From Escherichia coli (GTDB taxonomy: Bacteria; Pseudomonadota; Gammaproteobacteria; Enterobacterales; Enterobacteriaceae), in the NCBI RefSeq assembly GCF_041886205.1, contig NZ_CP169029.1: a DNA stretch of 64,000 bases. One strand, written 5' to 3'. The stretch's first letter is position 1; each line of letters opens with the position of its first letter. The position numbers and the translations under genes were made by a program. Shown here in pieces: positions 19,773 through 35,653 of this stretch. Under the pieces are notes generated by a model, which searched no databases, was not told where the DNA came from, and worked only from the letters and a program-made list of their open reading frames with translations.

Positions 19773-21125
19773 ATGGAAAGCTGCGTAGATATATTCAAGA
19801 TAGTTATAGGTCCATCCAGTTCCCGCACTGTCGGGCCAATGCGTGCGGCTTATAATTTTGTCTCACAATTGAAACAGCGAGAAATGTTACCTTTGTTGCG
19901 GAAGATTGATGTCGAACTTTATGGTGCACTGTCATTAAGCCGCAAGTGCCACAATGTTGATGTGGCGATTTATCTCGGTTTGCAAGGTCACTTACCTGAC
20001 AGCGTTGATATCCGCATGGAAATGTCCGCCATCAGGCGTGCAGAAACTGAGGCGACGCTGGAAGTTATGCCTGGTGTCAACGTTGGTGTAGCCATTATTT
20101 CTAATCCACAGGCGCACCCAGGGCATCCTTATGCGATGACATTTCGTGCCAGAGATGACTGGTTTACGCTTTATGAAGAAACCTGGTTTTCTGTCGGCGA
20201 CGGTCAGGTGCAAAAAGCGGGAGAGGCGATGATTCCCTCCTCAGTCACTCCACATCCTTTTGAATTCCAGAACGCAAACGAATTATTAAAACTTTGTCAG
20301 CAAAACGGATTATCTGTTGCGGCATTAATGATGAAAAACGAACTGCACTGCCAGACATCTGCTTTTTTGCATGACGATTTCAATAAAAAATGGGAAGTAA
20401 TGAAGGATGCGGTCTGTCGCGGGATGCATACAGAAGGATTACTTCCAGGTCCGTATCAGGTTAACCGTCGTGCCTGTGCTTTATATAAATCGTTGCAGGC
20501 AAAGGGGTTTACCAACGACTTCCTGACTGCGATCAATTGGGTCAATACTTTTGCCATTGCGGTGAGCGAAGAAAATGCTGCTGGTGGACGCGTCGTGACA
20601 GCACCCACCAACGGCGCGAGCGGTATTATCCCGGCCGTACTGTGTTGGTATGACAAATTCATTCACGAGATTGATACTTACTCCGTTACCCGCTTTTTTC
20701 TGACCGCCGGTGCCATCGCCATTCTGTTCAAAAAAAATGCCTCTATTCTGGGGTCTGAAGTTGGATGTCAGGGGGAAATAGGCGTTGCCAGTTCAATGGC
20801 GGCAGCAGGATTAGCAGAACTTATGGGCGGGTCAGTGACTCAGGTACTCAGCGCGGCAGAAATTGCGATGGAACACCATTTAGGTTTGACCTGTGATCCA
20901 GTTGGCGGGCAGGTACAAATTCCTTGTATTGAACGAAATGCTATTTCAGCCGTGAAAGCTATCAACGCAACGACGATGGCTTTGAGTCGCATAAGCGAGC
21001 CGTGCATTACACTGGATGAGATAATTTCCGCGATGTATGAAACCGGAAAAGATATGAGCGCTAAATACCGGGAAACTTATCATGGCTGTCTTAGCAAATT
21101 GCAGCCAAGAAAAAAGGACGCATAA
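19773..21125 (+). CDS. L-serine dehydratase (Fe-S, SdaA/SdaB/TdcG family), accessory paralog
   Basis: Conserved GIGPSSS-type N-terminus ([15 protein letters not shown]) and C-terminal [17 protein letters not shown] block; start placed at the ATG (MESCV…), since the ORF track begins at a TTG at 19752. Confidence 0.85.
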   Translation: MESCVDIFKIVIGPSSSRTVGPMRAAYNFVSQLKQREMLPLLRKIDVELYGALSLSRKCHNVDVAIYLGLQGHLPDSVDIRMEMSAIRRAETEATLEVMPGVNVGVAIISNPQAHPGHPYAMTFRARDDWFTLYEETWFSVGDGQVQKAGEAMIPSSVTPHPFEFQNANELLKLCQQNGLSVAALMMKNELHCQTSAFLHDDFNKKWEVMKDAVCRGMHTEGLLPGPYQVNRRACALYKSLQAKGFTNDFLTAINWVNTFAIAVSEENAAGGRVVTAPTNGASGIIPAVLCWYDKFIHEIDTYSVTRFFLTAGAIAILFKKNASILGSEVGCQGEIGVASSMAAAGLAELMGGSVTQVLSAAEIAMEHHLGLTCDPVGGQVQIPCIERNAISAVKAINATTMALSRISEPCITLDEIISAMYETGKDMSAKYRETYHGCLSKLQPRKKDA

Positions 21126-21126
21126 G

Positions 21127-21516
21127 ATGAAATATAATACGATGAATAACAACGAAATTATTTTATCTCTATGTGCACGCATTAAAGAAACGCGGATCTC
21201 CTTATCATTGACCCAGCAGCAGTTAGCCGATCGTGCATTGGTGGGCATTGCAACGGTCAAGCGGATTGAAAAGGGAGGAAGTTTAAATCTTGATACCCTC
21301 ATTTCTATTCTGCGCGCGCTGAATAAATTGCAAAATCTCGATGCCATATTGTTCGAAGCAGAAATGCGTAATTTCAATGAAAATACTTCCAGCGGCGAAG
21401 GGGCAGGGCGACTTCAGGTGCGCCAGCAACTGACAGATTTAAACCAGAAGTCTCCAGCCCCGCACGCAGATGACCGTGATTTTAGTACGGTGCTGGAAAA
21501 TACCTTTTGCTGGTGA
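21127..21516 (+). CDS. XRE-family HTH transcriptional regulator, accessory
   Basis: HTH LSLTQQQLADRALVGIATVKRIEKGG; ATG is 1 nt after the dehydratase stop, implying an operon. Start placed at the internal ATG 21127 (129 aa); the ORF track starts at 21082. Confidence 0.7.
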   Translation: MKYNTMNNNEIILSLCARIKETRISLSLTQQQLADRALVGIATVKRIEKGGSLNLDTLISILRALNKLQNLDAILFEAEMRNFNENTSSGEGAGRLQVRQQLTDLNQKSPAPHADDRDFSTVLENTFCW

Positions 21517-22386
<870 letters not shown>

Positions 22387-22610
22387 TCATCATACCGTTT
22401 ATTCAATGTGCTGTGAGTAACTTTCACTTCCGTATTTGCATAATGATGTTTTAACATCTGCTGATGAAAGGCAGTGGCAATTACAATAATTATCGCTGTG
22501 AATACTGGATTATGTGCGCCGCCTCACGCACAATAATCAGGCTGTAAATCAGCTTAATAACTTTGCCCCCACGCAGGGCGGAGGCGTCACACCTGCAGGA
22601 GAAATCATAA

Positions 22611-23279
22611 ATGCCATCACTCAGTAAAGAAGCGGCCCTGGTTCATGAAGCGTTAGTTGCGCGAGGACTGGAAACACCGCTGCGCCCGCCCGTGCATGAA
22701 ATGGATAACGAAACGCGCAAAAGCCTTATTGCTGGTCATATGACCGAAATCATGCAGCTGCTGAATCTCGACCTGGCTGATGACAGTTTGATGGAAACGC
22801 CGCATCGCATCGCTAAAATGTATGTCGATGAAATTTTCTCCGGTCTGGATTACGCCAACTTCCCGAAAATCACCCTCATTGAAAACAAAATGAAGGTCGA
22901 TGAAATGGTCACCGTGCGCGATATCACTCTGACCAGTACCTGTGAACACCATTTTGTTACCATCGATGGCAAAGCGACGGTGGCTTATATCCCGAAAGAT
23001 TCGGTGATCGGTCTGTCAAAAATTAACCGTATCGTGCAGTTCTTTGCCCAGCGTCCGCAGGTGCAGGAACGTCTGACGCAGCAAATTCTTATTGCGCTAC
23101 AAACGCTGTTGGGCACCAATAACGTGGCTGTCTCTATCGACGCGGTGCATTACTGCGTGAAGGCGCGTGGCATCCGCGATGCAACCAGCGCCACGACAAC
23201 GACCTCCCTCGGTGGTTTGTTCAAATCCAGTCAGAATACGCGCCACGAGTTTCTGCGTGCTGTGCGTCATCACAACTGA
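22611..23279 (+). CDS. folE: GTP cyclohydrolase I
   Basis: 222-aa ORF starting [23 protein letters not shown], with the CEHH active-site motif. Confidence 0.95.
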
Positions 23280-23295
23280 TTAAAAGGCAGGAACC

Positions 23296-24453
23296 ATGGA
23301 GCGCAACGTCACGCTCGATTTTGTTCGCGGCGTCGCCATTCTGGGGATCCTGCTATTAAACATCAGCGCCTTTGGGCTACCAAAGGCGGCTTATCTCAAT
23401 CCCGCCTGGTACGGCGCTATTACGCCGCAGGATGCATGGACCTGGGCATTTCTCGATCTCATCGGCCAGGTGAAATTCCTCACGCTTTTTGCGCTGCTGT
23501 TTGGTGCGGGCCTGCAAATGTTGCTGCCCCGTGGCAGACGCTGGATCCAGTCGCGGTTAACGCTGTTAGTCTTGCTGGGTTTTATTCACGGTTTATTGTT
23601 CTGGGACGGCGATATTCTGCTGGCTTACGGGCTGGTGGGCTTAATCTGCTGGCGGCTGGTGCGCGATGCGCCATCGGGAAAAAGCCTGTTTAATACAGGC
23701 GTCATGCTTTATCTGGTGGGGCTTGGCGTTTTGCTGTTATTGGGGCTGATTTCCGACAGCCAGACCAGCCGCGCCTGGACGCCGGATGCATCGGCTATTT
23801 TGTATGAAAAATACTGGAAGCTTCACGGCGGCGTTGAAGCGATCAGTAATCGTGCCGATGGTGTTGGCAACAGTTTACTGGCACTGGGCGCACAGTATGG
23901 CTGGCAACTGGCAGGGATGATGCTCATTGGTGCGGCGCTGATGCGCAGCGGCTGGCTGAAAGGGCAGTTCAGCTTACGTCACTATCGTCGTACTGGTTTT
24001 GTGCTGGTGGCGATTGGGGTGACCATTAACCTTCCTGCCATCGCCCTGCAATGGCGGCTGGACTGGGCATATCGCTGGTGCGCCTTCTTACTTCAGATGC
24101 CGCGGGAACTGAGTGCGCCGTTTCAGGCGATAGGCTATGCGTCGCTGTTTTATGGTTTCTGGCCGCAATTGAGCCGCTTTAAGCTGGTGCTTGCGATCGC
24201 CTGCGTCGGACGGATGGCGCTGACCAACTATCTATTGCAAACGCTGATTTGTACCACGCTTTTTTACCACCTCGGTTTGTTTATGCATTTTGACCGCCTG
24301 GAGCTGCTGGCGTTTGTTATTCCGGTATGGCTGGCGAATATCCTCTTCTCTGTTATCTGGCTGCGTTACTTCCGCCAGGGGCCGGTGGAATGGCTCTGGC
24401 GTCAGTTAACTTTGCGTGCTGCCGGACCGGCAATATCTAAAACATCAAGATAA
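23296..24453 (+). CDS. yeiB: DUF418-family inner membrane protein YeiB
   Basis: 385-aa polytopic membrane ORF directly downstream of folE. Confidence 0.85.
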   Translation: MERNVTLDFVRGVAILGILLLNISAFGLPKAAYLNPAWYGAITPQDAWTWAFLDLIGQVKFLTLFALLFGAGLQMLLPRGRRWIQSRLTLLVLLGFIHGLLFWDGDILLAYGLVGLICWRLVRDAPSGKSLFNTGVMLYLVGLGVLLLLGLISDSQTSRAWTPDASAILYEKYWKLHGGVEAISNRADGVGNSLLALGAQYGWQLAGMMLIGAALMRSGWLKGQFSLRHYRRTGFVLVAIGVTINLPAIALQWRLDWAYRWCAFLLQMPRELSAPFQAIGYASLFYGFWPQLSRFKLVLAIACVGRMALTNYLLQTLICTTLFYHLGLFMHFDRLELLAFVIPVWLANILFSVIWLRYFRQGPVEWLWRQLTLRAAGPAISKTSR

Positions 24454-24594
24454 CGATCTGGATCACATTCGTTAACAAAACGGCTGTAACCGTTTCCATT
24501 GCTGTGACTCGATTCACGAAGTCCTGTATTCAGTGCTGACAAAATAGCCGCCAGCAAGCAGTCATTTACTGCAATCTCATAACAGGTAGTGAAT

Positions 24595-25635
24595 ATGATC
24601 ACCATTCGTGATGTAGCGCGTCAGGCTGGCGTCTCTGTGGCAACGGTTTCCCGGGTGCTCAATAACAGCACGCTGGTCAGTGCCGACACGCGTGAAGCAG
24701 TAATGAAAGCCGTGAGTGAGCTGGATTATCGGCCAAACGCCAATGCCCAGGCGCTGGCAACTCAGGTTAGCGATACCATTGGCGTGGTGGTGATGGACGT
24801 TTCTGATGCTTTTTTCGGCGCGCTGGTAAAAGCGGTGGATCTGGTCGCCCAGCAGCATCAGAAATACGTGCTAATCGGCAATAGCTATCATGAAGCGGAA
24901 AAAGAGCGTCACGCCATTGAGGTGTTAATTCGCCAGCGTTGTAATGCGTTGATTGTTCACTCAAAAGCATTGAGTGACGATGAACTGGCGCAATTTATGG
25001 ATAACATTCCCGGTATGGTGTTAATCAACCGCGTTGTGCCGGGGTACGCCCATCGTTGCGTTTGCCTGGATAATCTCAGCGGTGCCCGAATGGCGACGCG
25101 CATGTTGCTGAATAACGGTCATCAACGTATTGGTTATCTTTCTTCCAGCCACGGCATTGAAGATGACGCCATGCGTAAAGCAGGCTGGATGAGTGCGTTG
25201 AAAGAGCAGGATATTATTCCGCCAGAAAGCTGGATTGGCACTGGTACGCCGGACATGCCGGGCGGTGAGGCGGCGATGGTTGAACTGCTGGGGCGCAATC
25301 TACAACTTACCGCTGTATTTGCTTATAACGACAATATGGCCGCTGGCGCACTGACAGCATTAAAAGATAATGGCATTGCGATTCCGTTACATCTCTCAAT
25401 CATCGGTTTCGATGATATTCCCATCGCCCGTTACACCGACCCGCAATTAACGACCGTGCGTTATCCCATTGCTTCAATGGCGAAATTAGCCACCGAACTG
25501 GCCTTGCAGGGGGCAGCAGGCAATATTGATCCTCGTGCCAGCCACTGTTTTATGCCGACGTTAGTGCGTCGCCATTCTGTCGCAACACGCCAGAATGCGG
25601 CGGCGATCACTAACTCAACAAATCAGGCGATGTAA
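24595..25635 (+). CDS. galS: LacI/GalR-family repressor GalS
   Basis: N-terminal [27 protein letters not shown]; start placed at ATG 24595 (346 aa), since the ORF-track start at 24589 is a GTG. Confidence 0.9.
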   Translation: MITIRDVARQAGVSVATVSRVLNNSTLVSADTREAVMKAVSELDYRPNANAQALATQVSDTIGVVVMDVSDAFFGALVKAVDLVAQQHQKYVLIGNSYHEAEKERHAIEVLIRQRCNALIVHSKALSDDELAQFMDNIPGMVLINRVVPGYAHRCVCLDNLSGARMATRMLLNNGHQRIGYLSSSHGIEDDAMRKAGWMSALKEQDIIPPESWIGTGTPDMPGGEAAMVELLGRNLQLTAVFAYNDNMAAGALTALKDNGIAIPLHLSIIGFDDIPIARYTDPQLTTVRYPIASMAKLATELALQGAAGNIDPRASHCFMPTLVRRHSVATRQNAAAITNSTNQAM

Positions 25636-25647
25636 CCGCTTTCAATC

Positions 25648-25663
25648 TGTGAGTGATTTCACA
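25648..25663. promoter_or_regulatory. CRP-consensus site TGTGA-N6-TCACA between galS and mglB
   Basis: tgtgagtgatttcaca is a perfect match to the CRP half-sites; mgl is cAMP-CRP dependent, but its position about 250 bp upstream of mglB makes the target promoter uncertain. Confidence 0.4.
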
Positions 25664-25914
25664 GTATCTTAACAATGTGATAGCTATGATTGCACCGTTT
25701 TAACGTTGTAACCCGTATGTAACAGTGAATAATCACTTTCACCGAGGTAATAGCGTCATAACAACAATTAAAGCCGTTTTCTGGAGCGTTACCGGGCATG
25801 GAAGAACGAATTTTAAAAAGTGAGCTTCGGCGTTCAGTAACACTTCATTAACTCTACTGCCCCGCCGAGCATTTATCTCAAGCACTACCCTGCATAAGAA
25901 AAACCGGAGATACC

Positions 25915-26913
25915 ATGAATAAGAAGGTGTTAACCCTGTCTGCTGTGATGGCCAGCATGTTATTCGGTGCCGCTGCACACGCTGCTGATACCCGCATTGG
26001 TGTAACAATCTATAAGTACGACGATAACTTTATGTCTGTAGTGCGCAAGGCTATTGAGCAAGATGCGAAAGCCGCGCCAGATGTTCAGCTGCTGATGAAT
26101 GATTCTCAGAATGACCAGTCCAAGCAGAACGATCAGATCGACGTATTGCTGGCAAAAGGGGTGAAGGCACTGGCAATCAACCTGGTTGACCCGGCAGCTG
26201 CGGGTACGGTGATTGAGAAAGCGCGTGGGCAAAACGTGCCGGTGGTTTTCTTCAACAAAGAACCGTCTCGTAAGGCGCTGGATAGCTACGACAAAGCCTA
26301 CTACGTTGGCACTGACTCCAAAGAGTCCGGCATTATTCAGGGTGATTTGATTGCTAAACACTGGGCGGCGAATCAGGGTTGGGATCTGAACAAAGACGGT
26401 CAGATTCAGTTCGTACTGCTGAAAGGTGAACCGGGCCATCCGGATGCAGAAGCACGTACCACTTACGTGATTAAAGAATTGAACGATAAAGGCATCAAAA
26501 CTGAACAGTTACAGTTAGATACCGCAATGTGGGACACCGCTCAGGCGAAAGATAAGATGGACGCCTGGCTGTCTGGCCCGAACGCCAACAAAATCGAAGT
26601 GGTTATCGCCAACAACGATGCGATGGCAATGGGCGCGGTAGAAGCACTGAAAGCACACAACAAGTCCAGCATTCCGGTGTTTGGCGTCGATGCGCTGCCA
26701 GAAGCGCTGGCGCTGGTGAAATCCGGTGCACTGGCGGGCACAGTACTGAACGATGCTAACAACCAGGCGAAAGCGACCTTTGATCTGGCGAAAAACCTGG
26801 CCGATGGCAAAGGTGCGGCTGATGGCACCAACTGGAAAATCGACAACAAAGTGGTCCGCGTACCTTATGTTGGCGTAGATAAAGACAACCTGGCTGAATT
26901 CAGCAAGAAATAA
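25915..26913 (+). CDS. mglB: Galactose/glucose ABC transporter periplasmic binding protein
   Basis: 332-aa ORF with signal peptide [23 protein letters not shown]. Confidence 0.95.
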   Translation: MNKKVLTLSAVMASMLFGAAAHAADTRIGVTIYKYDDNFMSVVRKAIEQDAKAAPDVQLLMNDSQNDQSKQNDQIDVLLAKGVKALAINLVDPAAAGTVIEKARGQNVPVVFFNKEPSRKALDSYDKAYYVGTDSKESGIIQGDLIAKHWAANQGWDLNKDGQIQFVLLKGEPGHPDAEARTTYVIKELNDKGIKTEQLQLDTAMWDTAQAKDKMDAWLSGPNANKIEVVIANNDAMAMGAVEALKAHNKSSIPVFGVDALPEALALVKSGALAGTVLNDANNQAKATFDLAKNLADGKGAADGTNWKIDNKVVRVPYVGVDKDNLAEFSKK

Positions 26914-26973
26914 GACTGATTGGGCGCAGTCGTTTACTGCGCCCTTATTGTATGGCCAACAAGGTAAAATTAT

Positions 26974-28494
26974 ATGGTCAGCTCAACGACTCCGTCTTCC
27001 GGGGAATACTTGTTGGAAATGAGCGGTATCAACAAGTCCTTTCCTGGTGTTAAGGCACTTGATAACGTTAATTTAAAAGTCCGGCCACATTCTATCCATG
27101 CATTAATGGGGGAAAACGGCGCAGGAAAATCAACATTATTAAAATGCCTGTTTGGTATTTATCAAAAAGACTCCGGCACCATTTTATTCCAGGGTAAAGA
27201 GATTGATTTCCATTCCGCCAAAGAGGCACTGGAAAATGGTATTTCGATGGTACACCAGGAGTTAAACCTGGTATTACAACGTTCGGTGATGGATAACATG
27301 TGGCTGGGGCGATATCCCACCAAAGGCATGTTTGTCGATCAGGACAAAATGTACCGCGAAACCAAAGCGATTTTTGATGAACTGGATATTGATATCGATC
27401 CGCGTGCGCGCGTCAGCACATTATCCGTTTCGCAAATGCAGATGATCGAAATCGCCAAAGCATTTTCCTATAACGCGAAAATTGTGATTATGGATGAACC
27501 GACTTCTTCGTTAACCGAAAAAGAGGTCAATCATCTGTTCACTATTATTCGTAAATTAAAAGAGCGCGGCTGCGGTATTGTTTATATCTCTCATAAAATG
27601 GAAGAAATCTTCCAGTTATGTGATGAAGTTACCGTATTGCGCGACGGTCAGTGGATCGCCACCGAACCGCTGGCAGGGCTGACGATGGACAAGATCATCG
27701 CCATGATGGTTGGGCGTTCTCTTAACCAGCGTTTCCCTGACAAAGAAAACAAGCCGGGCGAAGTCATCCTCGAGGTGCGTAACCTGACGTCACTGCGCCA
27801 GCCGTCGATTCGCGATGTCTCGTTTGATCTGCATAAAGGGGAGATCCTCGGTATTGCCGGTCTGGTGGGGGCGAAACGTACCGATATTGTTGAGACGTTA
27901 TTTGGTATTCGCGAGAAATCGGCTGGCACCATTACGTTGCACGGCAAACAGATCAATAACCATAATGCCAACGAAGCCATAAACCACGGATTTGCACTGG
28001 TAACTGAGGAGCGCCGCTCAACGGGAATTTATGCCTATCTGGATATTGGTTTTAACTCGTTAATTTCCAATATTCGCAACTACAAAAATAAAGTTGGTTT
28101 ACTGGATAACTCGCGGATGAAAAGCGATACCCAGTGGGTGATTGATTCGATGCGGGTAAAAACGCCGGGTCATCGGACGCAAATTGGTTCGCTCTCCGGT
28201 GGTAATCAGCAAAAGGTGATTATTGGTCGCTGGCTACTAACGCAACCAGAAATATTAATGCTCGATGAACCGACGCGCGGTATTGATGTCGGGGCGAAGT
28301 TTGAGATCTATCAGTTAATTGCCGAACTGGCGAAGAAAGGCAAGGGGATTATTATTATCTCCTCTGAAATGCCTGAGTTGTTAGGGATAACAGACCGTAT
28401 TCTGGTCATGAGCAATGGTCTCGTTTCCGGAATTGTCGATACAAAAACAACAACGCAAAACGAAATTCTGCGTCTTGCGTCTTTGCACCTTTAA
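26974..28494 (+). CDS. mglA: Galactose ABC transporter ATPase (duplicated ABC domains)
   Basis: 506-aa ORF with two Walker A motifs (GENGAGKST and a second in the C-terminal half) and LSGG signature motifs. Confidence 0.95.
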   Translation: MVSSTTPSSGEYLLEMSGINKSFPGVKALDNVNLKVRPHSIHALMGENGAGKSTLLKCLFGIYQKDSGTILFQGKEIDFHSAKEALENGISMVHQELNLVLQRSVMDNMWLGRYPTKGMFVDQDKMYRETKAIFDELDIDIDPRARVSTLSVSQMQMIEIAKAFSYNAKIVIMDEPTSSLTEKEVNHLFTIIRKLKERGCGIVYISHKMEEIFQLCDEVTVLRDGQWIATEPLAGLTMDKIIAMMVGRSLNQRFPDKENKPGEVILEVRNLTSLRQPSIRDVSFDLHKGEILGIAGLVGAKRTDIVETLFGIREKSAGTITLHGKQINNHNANEAINHGFALVTEERRSTGIYAYLDIGFNSLISNIRNYKNKVGLLDNSRMKSDTQWVIDSMRVKTPGHRTQIGSLSGGNQQKVIIGRWLLTQPEILMLDEPTRGIDVGAKFEIYQLIAELAKKGKGIIIISSEMPELLGITDRILVMSNGLVSGIVDTKTTTQNEILRLASLHL

Positions 28495-28509
28495 GATTAG
28501 GGGCTTCCC

Positions 28510-29520
28510 ATGAGTGCGTTAAATAAGAAAAGTTTTCTTACTTACCTGAAAGAGGGCGGTATTTACGTCGTTCTTTTAGTTTTGCTGGCGATTATTATTT
28601 TCCAGGACCCAACATTTTTAAGTCTGTTGAACTTAAGTAATATTCTCACCCAGTCATCGGTGCGTATTATTATCGCGCTCGGTGTGGCAGGGTTAATTGT
28701 CACCCAGGGGACCGATCTTTCTGCTGGTCGTCAGGTAGGGCTGGCGGCAGTGGTGGCTGCGACATTATTGCAGTCCATGGATAACGCCAACAAAGTGTTC
28801 CCGGAAATGGCGACGATGCCGATTGCGCTGGTTATTCTGATTGTCTGTGCCATTGGTGCGGTGATCGGTTTGATCAACGGTCTGATTATCGCTTATCTCA
28901 ACGTGACGCCGTTCATTACCACGCTCGGCACGATGATCATCGTCTATGGCATCAACTCGCTCTATTACGACTTTGTCGGGGCGTCGCCAATTTCTGGTTT
29001 TGACAGTGGCTTCTCTACCTTTGCTCAGGGCTTTGTCGCGCTGGGGAGTTTCCGTCTCTCTTACATCACCTTCTACGCGTTGATTGCGGTGGCGTTCGTC
29101 TGGGTGTTGTGGAACAAAACCCGCTTCGGTAAGAACATTTTTGCCATTGGCGGTAACCCGGAAGCGGCAAAAGTATCTGGTGTCAACGTCGGCCTGAACC
29201 TGCTGATGATCTACGCGTTGTCTGGCGTGTTCTATGCCTTTGGCGGGATGTTAGAGGCCGGACGTATCGGCTCTGCCACCAACAACCTCGGCTTTATGTA
29301 TGAGCTGGATGCTATCGCGGCGTGCGTGGTAGGCGGTGTATCGTTCAGCGGCGGTGTGGGGACGGTGATTGGCGTGGTGACCGGGGTAATTATTTTTACC
29401 GTCATCAACTATGGCCTGACGTATATCGGCGTAAACCCATACTGGCAGTACATCATCAAAGGGGCGATTATTATCTTCGCCGTAGCGCTGGATTCACTGA
29501 AATACGCGCGTAAGAAGTGA
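28510..29520 (+). CDS. mglC: Galactose ABC transporter permease
   Basis: 336-aa polytopic membrane ORF directly downstream of mglA. Confidence 0.95.
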   Translation: MSALNKKSFLTYLKEGGIYVVLLVLLAIIIFQDPTFLSLLNLSNILTQSSVRIIIALGVAGLIVTQGTDLSAGRQVGLAAVVAATLLQSMDNANKVFPEMATMPIALVILIVCAIGAVIGLINGLIIAYLNVTPFITTLGTMIIVYGINSLYYDFVGASPISGFDSGFSTFAQGFVALGSFRLSYITFYALIAVAFVWVLWNKTRFGKNIFAIGGNPEAAKVSGVNVGLNLLMIYALSGVFYAFGGMLEAGRIGSATNNLGFMYELDAIAACVVGGVSFSGGVGTVIGVVTGVIIFTVINYGLTYIGVNPYWQYIIKGAIIIFAVALDSLKYARKK

Positions 29521-29577
29521 TGTGAATGTGGTCCGCATTCGGTCATAAACGCACATAACATCATGATCTGTGTGGTT

Positions 29578-29646
29578 TTGTAGGCCGGATAAGGCGTTCA
29601 AGCCGCATCCGGCGACAGGAACCAAATGCCGGATGTGACGCGGGTT
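29578..29646. repeat. REP/BIME cluster between mglC and preA
   Basis: gtaggccggataaggcgttcaagccgcatccggcgac plus a partial second unit atgccggatgtgacgcggg. Confidence 0.65.
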
Positions 29647-30882
29647 CTACAACGTTACCGGGTGTTCTTTCTCGCCTTTCTTAAACTTCACTTCCCCGAG
29701 CTCAATACAACCCACCGGGCAGACGTGACCACAAAGCAGACAACCCACACATTTCTCGGTATTACAATGCGGTGTGCGGGTTTTCTCGCTCCATTCCATC
29801 GCCTGGTGACCGCCGTCATAACAGGAAATATAACAGCGTCCACAGCCAACACATTTATCAAGATTGATACGGGGATAGACAATATAACTGCGGTCTAAAT
29901 CTTCCGCCGGGACAATATTGTTATTCGCCAGACCTACCATCTCCTGCAACGAATCAAATCCCTGATCGGCGAGATAATGCGATAACCCGCTCGCCATATC
30001 TTCTACGATGCGATAGCCGTACTGCATAATGCCGGTGGTGACCTGTAACGTTGCTGCGCCGAGCAATAAAAACTCCGCCGCATCCTCCCAGGTTTCAATG
30101 CCGCCAATACCGCTGATTGGGAAATCGCGCAGTTCTGGATGGGTGCGCATTTGCTGAATGAAGCGCAGGGCGATCGGTTTTACCGCTTTACCGGAATATC
30201 CGGAAATACTCGATTTACCGTTAACGATCGGCATACCGATTTTCTGATTAAGATCGATATTGGTGATGGATTTAACGGTGTTAATTGCCGCAATGCCATC
30301 TGCGCCGCCGCGCTTCGCCGCCAGCGCCACTTCGCACATATCACCGATATTCGGCGTCATCTTCGCCAGCATTGGCAGCGTGGAACCGCGTTTCACCGCC
30401 CGACAATATTTTTCTACCAGCACCGGACTTTGCCCGACATCGCTACCCATCGCATGAGAAGTCATTTGCGGACAGGAGAAGTTACACTCGATCATATCCG
30501 CGCCAGCTTCTTGCACCAGGCGCGCCAGCTCCTCCCATTGCTGCTCATTTTCCCCCATGATCGAAGCGATCAATACTTTGTCCGGGTAATCTTCTTTCAG
30601 CCGACGCAGGGCGGCCAGATTCTCCTCCAGCGGATGCTCGGCAATCTGCTCCATATTTTTGAAGCCGATAAAACCGGTATCTTCTTTCACCAGATGATCA
30701 AAACGCGGCGAGACTTCGTTGGCGATAAAAAAGCCGATCGTTTTAAACACCACACCGCCCCAACCTGTGTCGTAGGCTTTGGCACACATCTCATAGCAGT
30801 TGCCTACCGGCGAAGAAGAGAGGCAGAACGGGTTGGGAAACTTCACGCCGCAAAAAGTAATCGAAAGATCTTTCGTTAACAT
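29647..30882 (-). CDS. preA: NAD-dependent dihydropyrimidine dehydrogenase subunit PreA
   Basis: DHOD-like TIM-barrel domain plus a C-terminal 4Fe-4S ferredoxin motif ([11 protein letters not shown]…[12 protein letters not shown]); start placed at the Met giving 411 aa. Confidence 0.9.
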   Translation of the reverse strand: MLTKDLSITFCGVKFPNPFCLSSSPVGNCYEMCAKAYDTGWGGVVFKTIGFFIANEVSPRFDHLVKEDTGFIGFKNMEQIAEHPLEENLAALRRLKEDYPDKVLIASIMGENEQQWEELARLVQEAGADMIECNFSCPQMTSHAMGSDVGQSPVLVEKYCRAVKRGSTLPMLAKMTPNIGDMCEVALAAKRGGADGIAAINTVKSITNIDLNQKIGMPIVNGKSSISGYSGKAVKPIALRFIQQMRTHPELRDFPISGIGGIETWEDAAEFLLLGAATLQVTTGIMQYGYRIVEDMASGLSHYLADQGFDSLQEMVGLANNNIVPAEDLDRSYIVYPRINLDKCVGCGRCYISCYDGGHQAMEWSEKTRTPHCNTEKCVGCLLCGHVCPVGCIELGEVKFKKGEKEHPVTL

Positions 30883-32114
30883 GAGCAAGCTCCCTCTAAA
30901 TAGTGATGAATCGCCTCGGCGGCTTCTTTCCCGGTTTTCACGGCATAGACCACGGTTTTGTCTCCCTCAACAATATCGCCAGCAGCAAAGACTTGCGGGT
31001 CGCGGGTCTGGTAATTTTGTGTTTTGATGGTGTTACGCTGCGGCTCTAACTCCGCAAAGGCATCTAGTCTGGCATGCTGACCGACGGCGAGAATAATTTT
31101 ATCTGCCGCCATCGTCAGTTCGCCCGATAACCGTACATGCTTAAACGTGACTTTATTGCCTTCCACGGCTACTGGCGTGAATCCATCGATGATCGAAACG
31201 CCCAGCTCCCGGGCGCTGGCAAACTCTTTTTCGCTTGCCGGAAACTCATCTAACTCTTCACGCGCTACGCAGGTTACCGCCTGACAGCCGAGAACTTTCA
31301 GCGTGCTGGCTACGTCCATCGCAACATCACCGCCGCCGATAATTAATGCGCTTTGTGGAATGCTGATATCGCCTTGCGCCTGTCGTGCACGTTGCAAGAA
31401 GTCCACGGCAATCTCAACGTCGCTATGCTCAAACAGCGATAACCCGGAACCGCTCGATAACCCCACGGTGACCAGTACCGCGCGGTTTTCCGCTTTCAGT
31501 TGCTGCAGGGTGAGTGTTTTACCGACTTCGTTGTTGCACTTAATGGTCACGCCCATTTTTTCAATACGGGCGATCTCTGCATCCAGTACTGATTGCGGTA
31601 ACCGGAATTGCGGAATACCGTTACGCAACCAGCCACCGGGTTGTGCTTCTTTCTCATAGATCGTGACGTCATAACCTTGGTTTGTCAGTGTCACACTGGC
31701 CTGCAATCCGGCAGGACCTGCGCCAATAATCGCGACTTTGCCGAGCGTTTTAGTACCGGGCTGATAAATTTCCATCCCGGTTTGTTGTTCAAAATCAGTA
31801 ACAAAACGCTGTAAGCGGCCGATATCAATGGGAGCATCAACACCGGCACGGGTACAACCGCTTTGGCATAATTTCTCCGTCGGGCACACTCTGGCACAAA
31901 CGGCACCGAGGGCATTATTTTCGCGAATTGTCTCGGCAGCGCCTTTAAAATTACGAAAGTAGATTGAGCGAATAAATTTCCCCGGATCGGTCTGTGCCGG
32001 GCAAGCCTGACTACAGGGAGCGTCATGACATAATAAACAGCGAGAGGCTTCTTTAATCGCCAGTAAAGGCGTAAAAGCCGGAGTGAGTTCATCCAGATAA
32101 TTTTGTTGCGGCAT
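30876..32114 (-). CDS. preT: NAD-dependent dihydropyrimidine dehydrogenase subunit PreT
   Basis: 412-aa ORF with Cys cluster and dinucleotide-binding motif ([10 protein letters not shown]); its stop lies 1 nt before the preA start. Confidence 0.9.
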   Translation of the reverse strand: MPQQNYLDELTPAFTPLLAIKEASRCLLCHDAPCSQACPAQTDPGKFIRSIYFRNFKGAAETIRENNALGAVCARVCPTEKLCQSGCTRAGVDAPIDIGRLQRFVTDFEQQTGMEIYQPGTKTLGKVAIIGAGPAGLQASVTLTNQGYDVTIYEKEAQPGGWLRNGIPQFRLPQSVLDAEIARIEKMGVTIKCNNEVGKTLTLQQLKAENRAVLVTVGLSSGSGLSLFEHSDVEIAVDFLQRARQAQGDISIPQSALIIGGGDVAMDVASTLKVLGCQAVTCVAREELDEFPASEKEFASARELGVSIIDGFTPVAVEGNKVTFKHVRLSGELTMAADKIILAVGQHARLDAFAELEPQRNTIKTQNYQTRDPQVFAAGDIVEGDKTVVYAVKTGKEAAEAIHHYLEGACSC

Positions 32115-32307
32115 GTGATCTTCCTTAATGCTATGAGTAATTAAGGCGAACGCTAAATAAATATTGCGTGCTGATATTAAGGCTAAGCGTGTGGGGAAAT
32201 TTAAACTGTGAAAGGATTCACAATTAGCTGCGGTTCAGAATGTTATATCCGCAGCTTATTGAGTGAAGTAATAATTATTCTCAATAATTAACAGAAAAGA
32301 GAAAATA

Positions 32308-34303
<1,996 letters not shown>

Positions 34304-34362
34304 GGCGTTGCCTCATAATCATGTAATGGGATAACAGTTTACGAACCCGTTATGGCTTTATA

Positions 34363-34378
34363 TGTGATCTGAATCTCA
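34363..34378. promoter_or_regulatory. CRP-like site in the cdd promoter region
   Basis: tgtgatctgaatctca has one mismatch to TGTGA-N6-TCACA; cdd is a known CytR/CRP-regulated promoter. Confidence 0.45.
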
Positions 34379-34432
34379 TTAATTATGCAACGCGTGAAAC
34401 TTACATCAAAAATGCGCGACGCATCGCAAATT

Positions 34433-35559
<1,127 letters not shown>

Positions 35560-35653
35560 TTAATTCGTAAAACGTGCTACCGATCACATTAAGAATTCTC
35601 AGCATAGTTGAATTTTAGGGAAGTAACCTCGGGCGATCGCCCAGTTCAGCACA

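Noticed and set aside
17294-21516. Prophage, IS or integron origin for the cirA-yeiG islet
   Set aside because: No integrase, transposase, tRNA gene or obvious terminal inverted repeats were seen, so the islet is treated as a metabolic insertion of unknown mechanism.
30139-30879. 246-aa plus-strand ORF antisense to preA
   Set aside because: Entirely inside preA on the opposite strand, with an Arg/His-rich low-complexity product.
32223-32253. Hairpin agctgcgg…ccgcagct between preT and yeiS as a terminator
   Set aside because: No flanking T-tract and a long loop; it lies in the preT promoter region, so its function is unclear and it was not called.
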